This document shows, piece after piece, positions 1-9,667 of a stretch of DNA of 64,000 nucleotides. Position 1 is the first letter of the stretch. Each line of letters opens with the position of its first letter. The notes under the pieces were generated by a model. That model was given only the letters and a program-made list of their open reading frames with translations. It made no database searches and was not told where the DNA came from. The translations under genes were made by a program, and so were the position numbers. The stretch is from Promethearchaeota archaeon. GTDB taxonomy: Archaea; Asgardarchaeota; Lokiarchaeia; Sigyniarchaeales; SOKP01. The stretch is taken from the NCBI GenBank assembly GCA_048940925.1, contig JBHLOC010000011.1:1-64000 (forward strand). The letters run 5' to 3'.

Positions 1-15
1 AATAAAAATATTTTT

Positions 16-1341
16 TTATTTTTTAAGGAGTGAATTCATATGATTAATTCTCTTCTGTAATAATTTTCGAGTTCCAACATCTTTTCTATGAAATAATTCA
101 CCCTCAATACATCCCACACCTAACTCAGCAATTTTTTCAGCTTCTTCAAGAGAATCAGCAACACCTAATAGACCCATAGCTCTAGAAGTTGTTGTAAATA
201 TATTTTCTCCTTCACGATAAACTGATGCATAATAATATTTTGCACCACTCCTCTGTAGACCAACCTTATCTATTTTTAGAGGTTTATCTCTTTTTGGATT
301 TAAGGGGTAACCCTCTGGAGCTAAATATTTACACACAGTCGCTTTTTTTTCAAAATTAAAATTTTTAGATAAATTACCATTAATTATAGCCCAACAGATA
401 TCGACAAAATTTCCATTCAGGAGAGGTAATACGTTCATGGCTTCGGGATCGCCCCAACGAGAATTGTATTCAATCAATTTTATCCCATTTATTGTCTTCA
501 TGAATTGTCCGTATAAAAATCCTTTATATTCAACACCTGTCTCAGCTTTTACTGCTGATATTGTTTTTTTCATATCTTCTAAAGCTAAATCTACATCATC
601 TTGAGTAATAAATGGCATTAGATGATCTTGCATACTATATGATCCCATACCTCCAGTATTAGGCCCCTTATCATTTTCATATGCTCGCTTATGATCTTGA
701 ACTAAAGGAGATCCAAATACATTTTTACCATCTACAAAAGTCTGAAGGGTAAATTCCTCTCCATCACACTTTTCTTCTAAAAGGAACCTATTTTTTTTAT
801 CTACCAACTCTTTACAGTAGCTTATAATATCTTGCTCTGAAAAAAGATGATCCCCATACACTTTTACACCTTTACCCCCTGTCAATCCTTCTGGTTTAAT
901 AACAATATGTTCTTTACCCATATCTTTTATATAATTTTCGACACCGTCCATAGAATCAAACATTTTGCTTTTAATGTTTGATTGGATCTTAAACTTTTCA
1001 AGTAGATTTCGTGTAAAAATTTTCGATCCCTCTAATTGAGCTGCTTCTATTTTTGGTCCTACGCAGGGTATTCCACCTTTTTCTAAAGCGTCCACTATTC
1101 CAACCACTAATGGAGCTTCAGGACCTATAACTGCAAAATCTATTTTATTTTGTCTACAAAAATCAATGATTTCTTTAAAATCTGTTTCTGAATGTATTTT
1201 GATCCTTTTGCTTAAATCTTCTAAACCAGCATTTTTAAAACTCATAAAAGAGAATAATGTCGCTCCTCCATATACTAAAGTTTCACCAATAACATGTTCT
1301 CTTGCTCCATGTCCAATAACTAAAATATTGTAGTTTGTCAT
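16..1341 (-). CDS. purD: Phosphoribosylamine--glycine ligase
   Basis: GHGAREH, GPEAPL, LEGSK, GLTGGKGV, QDHKRAYENDKGPNTGGMG, EYNSRWGDPE motifs. Confidence 0.97.
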   Translation of the reverse strand: MTNYNILVIGHGAREHVIGETLVYGGATLFSFMSFKNAGLEDLSKRIKIHSETDFKEIIDFCRQNKIDFAVIGPEAPLVVGIVDALEKGGIPCVGPKIEAAQLEGSKIFTRNLLEKFKIQSNIKSKMFDSMDGVENYIKDMGKEHIVIKPEGLTGGKGVKVYGDHLFSEQDIISYCKELVDKKNRFLLEEKCDGEEFTLQTFVDGKNVFGSPLVQDHKRAYENDKGPNTGGMGSYSMQDHLMPFITQDDVDLALEDMKKTISAVKAETGVEYKGFLYGQFMKTINGIKLIEYNSRWGDPEAMNVLPLLNGNFVDICWAIINGNLSKNFNFEKKATVCKYLAPEGYPLNPKRDKPLKIDKVGLQRSGAKYYYASVYREGENIFTTTSRAMGLLGVADSLEEAEKIAELGVGCIEGELFHRKDVGTRKLLQKRINHMNSLLKK

Positions 1342-1459
1342 AATTACTCAACTTATTATATAAAATACCATTTGATTATGTATATTATCTAATTAGGTCG
1401 CTAAATAATATTAACATTAATTATTAACCAAATAATCATATCTAGAAGTACAAGAACAA

Positions 1460-1627
1460 ATTCAATTTTCATTAGTGCGATATTGTATATATAATATATT
1501 TAAATGCAACACCAAGATTAGGAGAATTAAAATAGGGTAGACTTTAGTTGTTTTACTTTTAAGTTTAATTGGTCCTATTCTATATATTTTCTTTGGGTGG
1601 GAAAAGTTTAAGGAAGATAAGAGATAA
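1460..1627 (+). pseudogene. PLDc_N-domain (YxlE-like) small membrane protein remnant
   Basis: Manual translation IQFSLVRYCIYNIFKCNTKIRRIKIG*TLVVLLLSLIGPILYIFFGWEK; TAG at 1538-1540 where Trp is expected; N-terminus missing; sits upstream of ABC ATPase+permease as in yxlEFG. Confidence 0.6.
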
Positions 1628-1654
1628 TTTTAAAATGAAGTATTAGAAAATTCT

Positions 1655-2668
1655 ATGATTTTTATGACTTTAAATGAGAAAAAAGAAATTAGATCTATGA
1701 GAGATATTAATGATTCATTTAATAGAGATCAATTAATAGAATTCCGAAATGTATCTAAAAAATATAAAAGACTATTAGCCTTAGATGATATCTCTTTTTC
1801 AATTCAAAAAGGAGAGATATTTGGCTATATTGGACCGAATGGAGCAGGTAAGACAACAACAATTAAAATTTTGGTTGGGTTAATCAAGGATTACAAGGGA
1901 GACGTTTATATAAATAGAAAGAATATTTATGATAATCTGAAAGAGGTAAATAATCTAATCGGATATCATCCACAAGAAGCTGGTTTTCAAGAATGGCGTA
2001 CTATTGATCATAGCCTTAAAACGTTTGGGCGTTTATCAGGGCTTAGTTCAGATCGTCTTGAAAACCGAATTCAAGAAGTTTTAAGTTTGCTAAATCTAAT
2101 AGATGTAAGATATAAAAAGATTAAATATTTGTCAGGAGGTATGTTCCAAAAATTAAGATTATGTCAAGCTCTTTTACATGAACCAGAAATTTTGGTTTTA
2201 GATGAACCATTGACAGGACTAGATCCAACAAGTCGATTTCAATTCAAAAATATTATTAAACAACTCTCTAAGAGTGGAATAACAGTTTTATTTTCATCCC
2301 ATATTTTAAGTGATGTACAAGATATTGCAGATAAAATCGGTATTTTAAATCTAGGTCAGATTATGAAAATTGGAACTCCTGAAGATCTTCAAAATAGCTT
2401 TAATATAGGAAATATACTGCAAATTGAAGTAGCAGAAAATAGTCCTTTATGTGATGGACTTGATGAATTAGAAGACGTTGAATATATTGAGAAGATAAGA
2501 TCAAATGTACAATTAATCCATTTGAAATCTAATATTGATATTGATTCTATAATAATTCTGATTTTGAAGAAATTAACAGAACAGAAATGCAGAATAAGAA
2601 ATTTTAATCTTGTAAAACCTAGTTTAGAAGATGTTTACTTAAAATATGTTGGAGGTGGACCTTTTTGA
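1655..2668 (+). CDS. ABC-2 type transporter ATP-binding protein
   Basis: Walker A GPNGAGKTT, LSGG signature, VLDEP, SSH. Confidence 0.95.
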   Translation: MIFMTLNEKKEIRSMRDINDSFNRDQLIEFRNVSKKYKRLLALDDISFSIQKGEIFGYIGPNGAGKTTTIKILVGLIKDYKGDVYINRKNIYDNLKEVNNLIGYHPQEAGFQEWRTIDHSLKTFGRLSGLSSDRLENRIQEVLSLLNLIDVRYKKIKYLSGGMFQKLRLCQALLHEPEILVLDEPLTGLDPTSRFQFKNIIKQLSKSGITVLFSSHILSDVQDIADKIGILNLGQIMKIGTPEDLQNSFNIGNILQIEVAENSPLCDGLDELEDVEYIEKIRSNVQLIHLKSNIDIDSIIILILKKLTEQKCRIRNFNLVKPSLEDVYLKYVGGGPF

Positions 2669-3324
2669 GCTTTATATTACTTTTTTTTGATGAATTAAAA
2701 GGATATGCAAAATCGAAAGTTATGATTGTTTTATGGTTTGGACTACCATTGATGTCATTTTTAATTCATTTTATTCAACCTGAAGATGACGCTCTTCCAA
2801 TCTCTTTTTTAGTAGCTATCCTTGTCTCCAGTATTGGTGGAACTCTTTCTGCAATTATGCTTAGTACTTCAATAGTGAATGAAAAGAATCGTCATGTCTA
2901 TGAGTTATTTCTGATTAGACCTGTCAAACGCTATAATTTACTGTTATCAAAGTTTTTTGCTGTTATATTATGTTTAATTATAGCTATTTTTATCTCCCTT
3001 ATTGGTGGATTACTTATTGATATCATGACAATAGGATTTCCTGAAAATTACCTAAATTCAATAACTGATTCTCTTATAATAAGTATATCCTCAATGGCTA
3101 TTACATGTTCTATAGGTATATTTATTGGTGTAATAGTATCTTCAGTTGCAGTAGCAGCAATTTTAGCAGTATATTTAGGTGGTCAATTAACTTCTATTAT
3201 TATTTTACCTACATTCTTTATACAGGGTTTAGATCCCGAATTGCTTTCGATAATCTTGGGCGTATCAATTACATCTGTAATAATGGTTATAAACATACTT
3301 CTATTCAACCATATGCAGTTTTAA
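2665..3324 (+). CDS. ABC-2 type transporter permease
   Basis: About 6 TM; EKNRHVYELFLIRPVKR motif; overlaps ATPase stop. Confidence 0.85.
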   Translation: MSFILLFFDELKGYAKSKVMIVLWFGLPLMSFLIHFIQPEDDALPISFLVAILVSSIGGTLSAIMLSTSIVNEKNRHVYELFLIRPVKRYNLLLSKFFAVILCLIIAIFISLIGGLLIDIMTIGFPENYLNSITDSLIISISSMAITCSIGIFIGVIVSSVAVAAILAVYLGGQLTSIIILPTFFIQGLDPELLSIILGVSITSVIMVINILLFNHMQF

Positions 3325-3367
3325 CCATTAATTATTTTTTTGTGTTTAGAAAAAGAATTTTGTTTTT

Positions 3368-4582
3368 TTATTTAATTTTAGAACCACATTTACTACAATA
3401 TTTTGCACTCTTCCTATTAATCGCTAAACAAGAAGGACAAGTTATACGCTCTTCTCTAATATCTTTTTCAGAAGGCTTTTCTTGAATTTTTTCTTCAAAT
3501 TTTTCCTCTTCGTTAATACTGATATCTTTTATATCATTTCTCTTTAGTTTCTTAGCTTTCTTTTTTTCCTTTCTTTGCTTTTTAAGTTTAAAATAATTAA
3601 ATATTCCATAAAAACCAATAAATAAGAAGAGTGGGATGAAAATTATGAATGAAAATGTAATGGGCATTTTACTGAAATCTTGATCTGGAAAAGCATAAGT
3701 AAACTCATAAGCTGTTTTAGAAAAAATTAACCATAATATTATTATTTCAGGTTTTAAGAATTTCATTTTTTTACTTATTATTTCAGCTTTTTTCCCAATT
3801 AAACTTCCCATTGTCACAAGTAATAGAAGTAAATCAAAAAAGTAAAGAGAAATTTGTATTGGGAGTGCTAAAATTGATTCTTCACTTTTAATTAAACTAA
3901 AGGAAGCTTTAAGGATCAAATAGGAAGCATAAACCGAAACATAAATAAGAAAAATACCAAGCCATGCGTTAAGTTTACCTACAAAAAGAAATAATAAACT
4001 AACTAAAAATAATACAAAAAATAACGAAATCATGACCCAAGGTATATGTCCTAGTTCATTTATTACATTTTCAGGGATGATATTCAATTTAAATCCTATA
4101 TTCGCAATTAGTAACATTATGATGATCGAAAGAATTAATCCCCCCACAAATGATGTACTCCTTACAAGGAAATTCAAAAGTTTTGGCATTTTGTATAATT
4201 TTTCATCTTGATTTATGCCCCATTTATAACAACTATGCAAAGTAAATATCGATGTTATAAAGATATAAGAAAGTATAGAAATAATGATTAAAAAAAGAAC
4301 TGCGAAAAGCACAAGTGCTGCAAAAATCAAAATTAGTGGAATTGCTATTAAGCAGTATTTCAATATAGATTTAAAAGTCAACTCTTTTAAATTTTTTTTA
4401 AAAACAACTAAAACAAGTAATAATATAATAAGTAATCCTAGAAGTGGTACAAATATAACAATACCGAGAATTCGTGTCGTTCTAAATTGAACAGCTGTAA
4501 ATCCCACTATGAGCCAAATAACAAGAATAAGAAGAAGACGGTTTTCTCTCTTTTTAAGTTCAATTAAATCTTTGATTCCCAT
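3368..4582 (-). CDS. Polytopic membrane protein with C-terminal zinc ribbon
   Basis: About 9 hydrophobic segments; terminal CPSC...CSKCG. Confidence 0.75.
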   Translation of the reverse strand: MGIKDLIELKKRENRLLLILVIWLIVGFTAVQFRTTRILGIVIFVPLLGLLIILLLVLVVFKKNLKELTFKSILKYCLIAIPLILIFAALVLFAVLFLIIISILSYIFITSIFTLHSCYKWGINQDEKLYKMPKLLNFLVRSTSFVGGLILSIIIMLLIANIGFKLNIIPENVINELGHIPWVMISLFFVLFLVSLLFLFVGKLNAWLGIFLIYVSVYASYLILKASFSLIKSEESILALPIQISLYFFDLLLLLVTMGSLIGKKAEIISKKMKFLKPEIIILWLIFSKTAYEFTYAFPDQDFSKMPITFSFIIFIPLFLFIGFYGIFNYFKLKKQRKEKKKAKKLKRNDIKDISINEEEKFEEKIQEKPSEKDIREERITCPSCLAINRKSAKYCSKCGSKIK

Positions 4583-4627
4583 AAAAAAATATTAAAAATT
4601 CTCTTATTTAACGTTTCTTAACTAAAC

Positions 4628-5221
4628 TTAATTTTTTTGTTCTACTTGATTTTTTGAAAAGTTACGATAAGCAAAAATAATTCTTTGAATTACGGTTATA
4701 TTAGTTCCAACTGCTAAAAAAATCATTGTCCACCAAATAGCTACAGGAAACCAAATTTGTAAAAGTGATCCAATAAATAAAATTGGTATTCGATCTGTTC
4801 TTTCCAATAAACCTACACCATAAAGATTTTCAATACCTAAAGCTTCTATTTTTGCCCTGGAATATGATGTTAAAAACGCTCCAATGAGAACGATAATCCC
4901 AATTTCAAATGTAGTATATCCACTAAGAATGACACCTATAAATATAAAAAAATCTCCTATTCTATCTAAAACTGAGTCCAAAAATGCACCCAATTTTGTG
5001 GGACCTTGTAGACGGGCGACTACCCCATCTAATTGGTCAAAAAATTCTGTAATAAATAAGAAAATTATAATTAATAATAAAAATTGAAATAAAAAACTTA
5101 AAAAAGTTATAATTGCAGTTATTAATCCAAAAAATGTAAAATAGTTTGCAGGTACTCGTTTTAATTTTCGACCTAGAGGGAGTAAAATTTTTTCTGAAAA
5201 TTTTTTTACTTGTAATAGCAT
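4628..5221 (-). CDS. CDP-alcohol phosphatidyltransferase (archaetidylinositol-phosphate synthase-like)
   Basis: DQLDGVVAR...GAFLDSVLDRIGD signature; SYSRAK, GLLERTDR. Confidence 0.9.
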   Translation of the reverse strand: MLLQVKKFSEKILLPLGRKLKRVPANYFTFFGLITAIITFLSFLFQFLLLIIIFLFITEFFDQLDGVVARLQGPTKLGAFLDSVLDRIGDFFIFIGVILSGYTTFEIGIIVLIGAFLTSYSRAKIEALGIENLYGVGLLERTDRIPILFIGSLLQIWFPVAIWWTMIFLAVGTNITVIQRIIFAYRNFSKNQVEQKN

Positions 5222-5294
5222 TTTCCTATCTTTATGAAATATAAAATAAAAAAATGTGTTTTTTAAGAATTTTTAAAAAAATAAAAAAAATAGA

Positions 5295-6791
5295 TTATAA
5301 TCTATAGATTGGATAAAATTTCTCTTCGACGTATTTGAAAAAATAATCTGGATTTAGATCTTCGCCAGTTACTCGTTTTATTAAATCATTGGCTCTGTAA
5401 ACACTTCCGTGTTGATGTATGTTTTCTCTTAAATAAGCAAGTAGATTAGAAAATTCACCTTTCTTATAATCTTCAGGGAGGTGTGGTATCTTCTTAATAG
5501 CATCCGAATAAATCTGTGATGCATATAAACTTCCCAGAAAATAGGTAGGGAAGTATCCTATAGATCCCATCGACCAATGAATATCTTGAAGAACTCCTTC
5601 TTTATCATTCGCAGGCACAATTCCCAAATATTCTTCCATTTTAGAATTCCATATTTCTGGTAATTCGGATACCCTGATCTTACCTTCAACTAGATCTTTT
5701 TCTATTTCAAATCTTAGAATTATGTGTAGGCCATATGTAACCTCATCAGCATTGACTCTGATAAATGAGGGTTGGACACAGTTAACTGCTCGGTAAAATT
5801 CTTCCATCGGATAATCTTTTAAATTCTCGGGGAAGTATTTTTGAAATGTTGGGTACCAATAAGTCCAAAATTCTTTACTTCTTCCAACGATGTTTTCCCA
5901 GCAACGTGATTGGGACTCATGGATTCCCATCGAAGTACCGGTACATAGAATAGTATCGTGAAGCTCCTTCCTAATGCCCATCTCATACAAAGCATGACCG
6001 CATTCGTGGATAGTACCAAAAATACATTCATTAAGAAAATCTTCCCGTGTTCGTGTAGTAATACGAGTATCCATTGAAGCTAAAGATGTTGTGAATGGAT
6101 GAGTTGATCTGTCTTGACGTCCAATTTCCAGATCGTAATTTAATTTTTTTATAATTTCAAAGCTCAAGTCAAATTGCTTGTCAATGTCATAGTTTTTATG
6201 TAGTATAGAATCATCAGGTTTATCGGTAGATGAATTTAACTTTTTTATAAAATCAATTATTTTTGGTTTAATGGGATTGAAAATGTTTGCAATCCACTCA
6301 TAAGTAGCACCTGGTTCGTATAAATCTATTAAAGTAGAATAAATATCAGGATGTGTTGCTAGTTTAATAGCTTTTTCCTTCTGCAATTCAACTGTTTTTT
6401 CTAATAGTCCTTGAAAAATCGAAAAATCACTCTTACTATATGCTTCTCTCCATTCTTTTGCAGCTAATACACTGGTTTCAGCAATTTCAACAACTAATTT
6501 CTCAGGTAACTTGGTTTCTAATTCATATTCTCTTATAATTTCTCTCAACATAGCACTTTCAATTGCACTGAGATTATTAAGTTGTTGAGCTTCCTTAATT
6601 AATTTACCTACTTTATCTGAGGTTACTCTTTTATGAATAAGTTTTTCTAAGAGCGATACTTGTTTTGATCTTCCTTCTAAGGTTCGATAACTTCGCATGT
6701 TTACTTCTTGATCCCAATTCAAAGTGGCTTGTGCGTAATGTAAAGTCATGATTTCGCCAAAATATTCCCGAAGTTCCTTTATAGCACTCAT
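5295..6791 (-). CDS. Carboxypeptidase, family M32
   Basis: HPF, HECGH, HESQS, IRVNADE, QDIHW, GYFPTY motifs. Confidence 0.96.
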   Translation of the reverse strand: MSAIKELREYFGEIMTLHYAQATLNWDQEVNMRSYRTLEGRSKQVSLLEKLIHKRVTSDKVGKLIKEAQQLNNLSAIESAMLREIIREYELETKLPEKLVVEIAETSVLAAKEWREAYSKSDFSIFQGLLEKTVELQKEKAIKLATHPDIYSTLIDLYEPGATYEWIANIFNPIKPKIIDFIKKLNSSTDKPDDSILHKNYDIDKQFDLSFEIIKKLNYDLEIGRQDRSTHPFTTSLASMDTRITTRTREDFLNECIFGTIHECGHALYEMGIRKELHDTILCTGTSMGIHESQSRCWENIVGRSKEFWTYWYPTFQKYFPENLKDYPMEEFYRAVNCVQPSFIRVNADEVTYGLHIILRFEIEKDLVEGKIRVSELPEIWNSKMEEYLGIVPANDKEGVLQDIHWSMGSIGYFPTYFLGSLYASQIYSDAIKKIPHLPEDYKKGEFSNLLAYLRENIHQHGSVYRANDLIKRVTGEDLNPDYFFKYVEEKFYPIYRL

Positions 6792-6953
6792 TTTTAAGAC
6801 TTTTTTAAATTATTGCGATATTAACTAAAATTTAAGTGATTTAGTTAAGCTTTTACAAAAAAGTTTTACTATATCATAATCTCAAATATTATATAGTTTT
6901 AAAAGAAGTATATTATGAACTATTCTTGAACTAAGTATTATACGTTATTAGAA

Positions 6954-8507
6954 TCATGTCATTTGGTCTTGCTTCACAAAATATTCAGCTGCTAATTTTA
7001 TATCTTCAATTGATAAAGACCTACCGAGAGATTGCTCTAAATCTACAACCAACTGTTCACATAATTCAAAGCTTAAAGTACTCCCTTTATCCATGATCAT
7101 ATCTTGTAAAACATTTATGAAATCAGTCGCTTTTGGTTTATCTAATTCTTCTGTTAACTCCTCATGAGGAGGGAACAATTTAACTGGCATTTTAGTTTCA
7201 TCTATTTCGATTTTCTCTTCTTTATCTCCAGAAAATATCACAGGTTTTGGAGGTGCTTCAGCAGTTTTAAGAATTTTTAAGTCCATTGGTTTTTTTTCTA
7301 ATTTCTGAAAAGATACCATTTTATGTGGTGCTTCTGATGAAGAAGGCACTTCTATTTTTTCAGGTTTTTCTGTTTTAAATGCCTCATCCAATGGTTTAAC
7401 AGTTGGTAATGGCTTAACAGAAATTTTTCTTTTAAATTTAAGGGCGGGAGGAATCTTAAATTCTTTTTTCAGTTCAGTTTCCTTTCTTTTTTCTAACTTT
7501 TCTTTTATTTTAGCATTTAATACTTTAATTCTTTCTTGAATAATTTTAACATGTTCAAAATCTTGATATGAATCATACAAGCTATTCAATTCTTTAAATC
7601 TAGGCAATGCTTGCACGTATTGTCCACTTTCAGCTAAATTATTTGCTTTTTTCATTAATTCTTCAAAATTTTCAGGAATTTCTCTTTTTAAACCTAATGC
7701 ATCTTTAATATATTGTAATGTAATTGATTTTGCATCTGAGGAATTTAATGAAATTTCCTTAAAATCATATATATTAAGTTCATTCTTAATCCTTTTAATT
7801 TCCTTATCCTTAATTAAATCTCTTTTATTCCCAATAATTAATAGTTTTGAGTAATTGCTTTCAAGTTTTTGAAGGTCTAAGAATTGATTAATAGTTTTTA
7901 AATTATAATTCGATAAATCAAACAGTAAGATCACCAAATCAGAACCACTTACAAATTTTGCCCATAAAGGAGAGAAATTGTCTTTTAACTGAAAATCCCA
8001 TAATTCAAAGGTTAAACCATCAATTAACAAATTGCATGATTTAACTACTTCCATTATGATCTTTTCTCCGTTACTTCTTAACATATTATAAAAAGTTGTT
8101 TTACCTGCATTTATAGGACCTATAATTGTAATTTTTGATCTTAGGTCTTTTTGAATTTGATCTAAGAAATTATTAAATTCAGTTTTTATCGCACTATCTT
8201 CATCTATAGTCTCAGGATTTGGAAACAACTCTTTAAATTTTTCTATTGTATTTTCTATAAGTGGTTTAATATATGGAAGAGGATCAATTAAATCTGTAAT
8301 AAAAAGAAAATACAAATTATCTATCCCTTTGTGAAATATTTGAAAGTTAGAAATTTTACGATTAAAAATCTTTCCAGGTATAGGCATCTCCATATATTTT
8401 AGAATTGTTTCTTTTACATTTTTCAGTTCTTCATTTCCATAAGCAATAGCATAATCTTTAACAAAAATATGTTGTGTTGAATAAAAAATATGAATTTGTC
8501 TTAACAT
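6954..8507 (-). CDS. Longin-like domain fused to a Ras-superfamily small GTPase domain, with helical and low-complexity tail
   Basis: N-terminal ~120 aa longin pattern (FQIFHK..NLYFLFITD..IEKFKELF); G1 GPINAGKTT, degenerate G3 WDFQ, G4 NKRD. Confidence 0.75.
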   Translation of the reverse strand: MLRQIHIFYSTQHIFVKDYAIAYGNEELKNVKETILKYMEMPIPGKIFNRKISNFQIFHKGIDNLYFLFITDLIDPLPYIKPLIENTIEKFKELFPNPETIDEDSAIKTEFNNFLDQIQKDLRSKITIIGPINAGKTTFYNMLRSNGEKIIMEVVKSCNLLIDGLTFELWDFQLKDNFSPLWAKFVSGSDLVILLFDLSNYNLKTINQFLDLQKLESNYSKLLIIGNKRDLIKDKEIKRIKNELNIYDFKEISLNSSDAKSITLQYIKDALGLKREIPENFEELMKKANNLAESGQYVQALPRFKELNSLYDSYQDFEHVKIIQERIKVLNAKIKEKLEKRKETELKKEFKIPPALKFKRKISVKPLPTVKPLDEAFKTEKPEKIEVPSSSEAPHKMVSFQKLEKKPMDLKILKTAEAPPKPVIFSGDKEEKIEIDETKMPVKLFPPHEELTEELDKPKATDFINVLQDMIMDKGSTLSFELCEQLVVDLEQSLGRSLSIEDIKLAAEYFVKQDQMT

Positions 8508-8683
8508 CTTTATTTATCCTTAAGGTTTCAATAGAGATTATTAGGTTTATAAGTAAAAAAGAAATTATAATTAATAATTCTTTATTTATTATTCAATAAT
8601 TATAAATTCTTATCTTCTCTAATTAAACTTTAGAAAATAATAAAAAATATTAGATTTCAGTCTTTATTTTCTTATAGAGCAAG

Positions 8684-9637
8684 ATGCCTTTACAACCTAA
8701 TCACATCGCAAACTTTTTAGAAAATGAATCAGATTCAAAATATAAGTCAGAATTACTTGACTTGCTCAATTTAAGAATAAAAAAGTTATGTTTTGAAGAG
8801 TGTGAGCGTGATAGAATAGTTTGTACCTTAACCCCTATGTGCTCAAGAAGGTTTTTACTGAAATTGAGGATTAAAAATGGATTAACTATAGAGGATTTAC
8901 CTAAATTTTGCTATAGTGTACATAAAGGTGTTATTGAGAGGTATTTTAGAAATAAAACTATCGTATACCGACCTTATGACAGCTATTTATATGTAATAGA
9001 TTTCTTAGATGTGTTTTTTCATGGGGATTATCGTAAATTAAACAAATTAATAAACTTTAAGAAATGGGATGATGCTCTAAAAATTTTTGATGACAGAATA
9101 CATAATAGGAATGAAAATTTCAATTACATTTTAACGGACAATTATTTAATTTTTAAATTTGGTGACAGGATTCATGTGTTATTTATAAAAGAAAATTATG
9201 TTCTCTGTAATGCAAACCGCGAAAATATTGAAAGCATTGAATTATTATATAATCTTTGTAAACTTTATGCCGGTATATACTTTCCGGAAATAAACTTAAA
9301 TTTAATCCCTTCTAAATATGTTGAAATAACTGTTAAAATTCCCTATGATGTTCTTAAACAAATAAATAAAGATCCCAACAAAGATAATGGCTCTAAAGTA
9401 GATTTATACTTTTGGAATACATTTCGGGAAGATCTTAATGCATTAACACAATATTGTGATGAAATTCATTTACAAATGGATAGAAATCAAAATTTAGAAA
9501 TCACACTATCAATTTCTTTATTAACAAATAATTATTCAGAGGAGGAGAAAAGAATAGCCTTGAGATTTAGGGATTTAAGATTAATATTAAATTTTGTAAC
9601 TCGTATTTATACGGATTATTATATAATTTGGGTATAA
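8684..9637 (+). CDS. Hypothetical protein with N-terminal Cys cluster
   Basis: 317 aa ORF; CFEEC-x5-C-x5-C motif. Confidence 0.7.
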   Translation: MPLQPNHIANFLENESDSKYKSELLDLLNLRIKKLCFEECERDRIVCTLTPMCSRRFLLKLRIKNGLTIEDLPKFCYSVHKGVIERYFRNKTIVYRPYDSYLYVIDFLDVFFHGDYRKLNKLINFKKWDDALKIFDDRIHNRNENFNYILTDNYLIFKFGDRIHVLFIKENYVLCNANRENIESIELLYNLCKLYAGIYFPEINLNLIPSKYVEITVKIPYDVLKQINKDPNKDNGSKVDLYFWNTFREDLNALTQYCDEIHLQMDRNQNLEITLSISLLTNNYSEEEKRIALRFRDLRLILNFVTRIYTDYYIIWV

Positions 9638-9667
9638 AAGTAATATATGAAAGGAAAGTGATTGTAG

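Noticed and set aside
1538-1540. In-frame TAG as pyrrolysine
   Set aside because: Aligns with a conserved Trp (TGG to TAG) in a fragment that also lacks its N-terminus; pseudogene is the simpler explanation.
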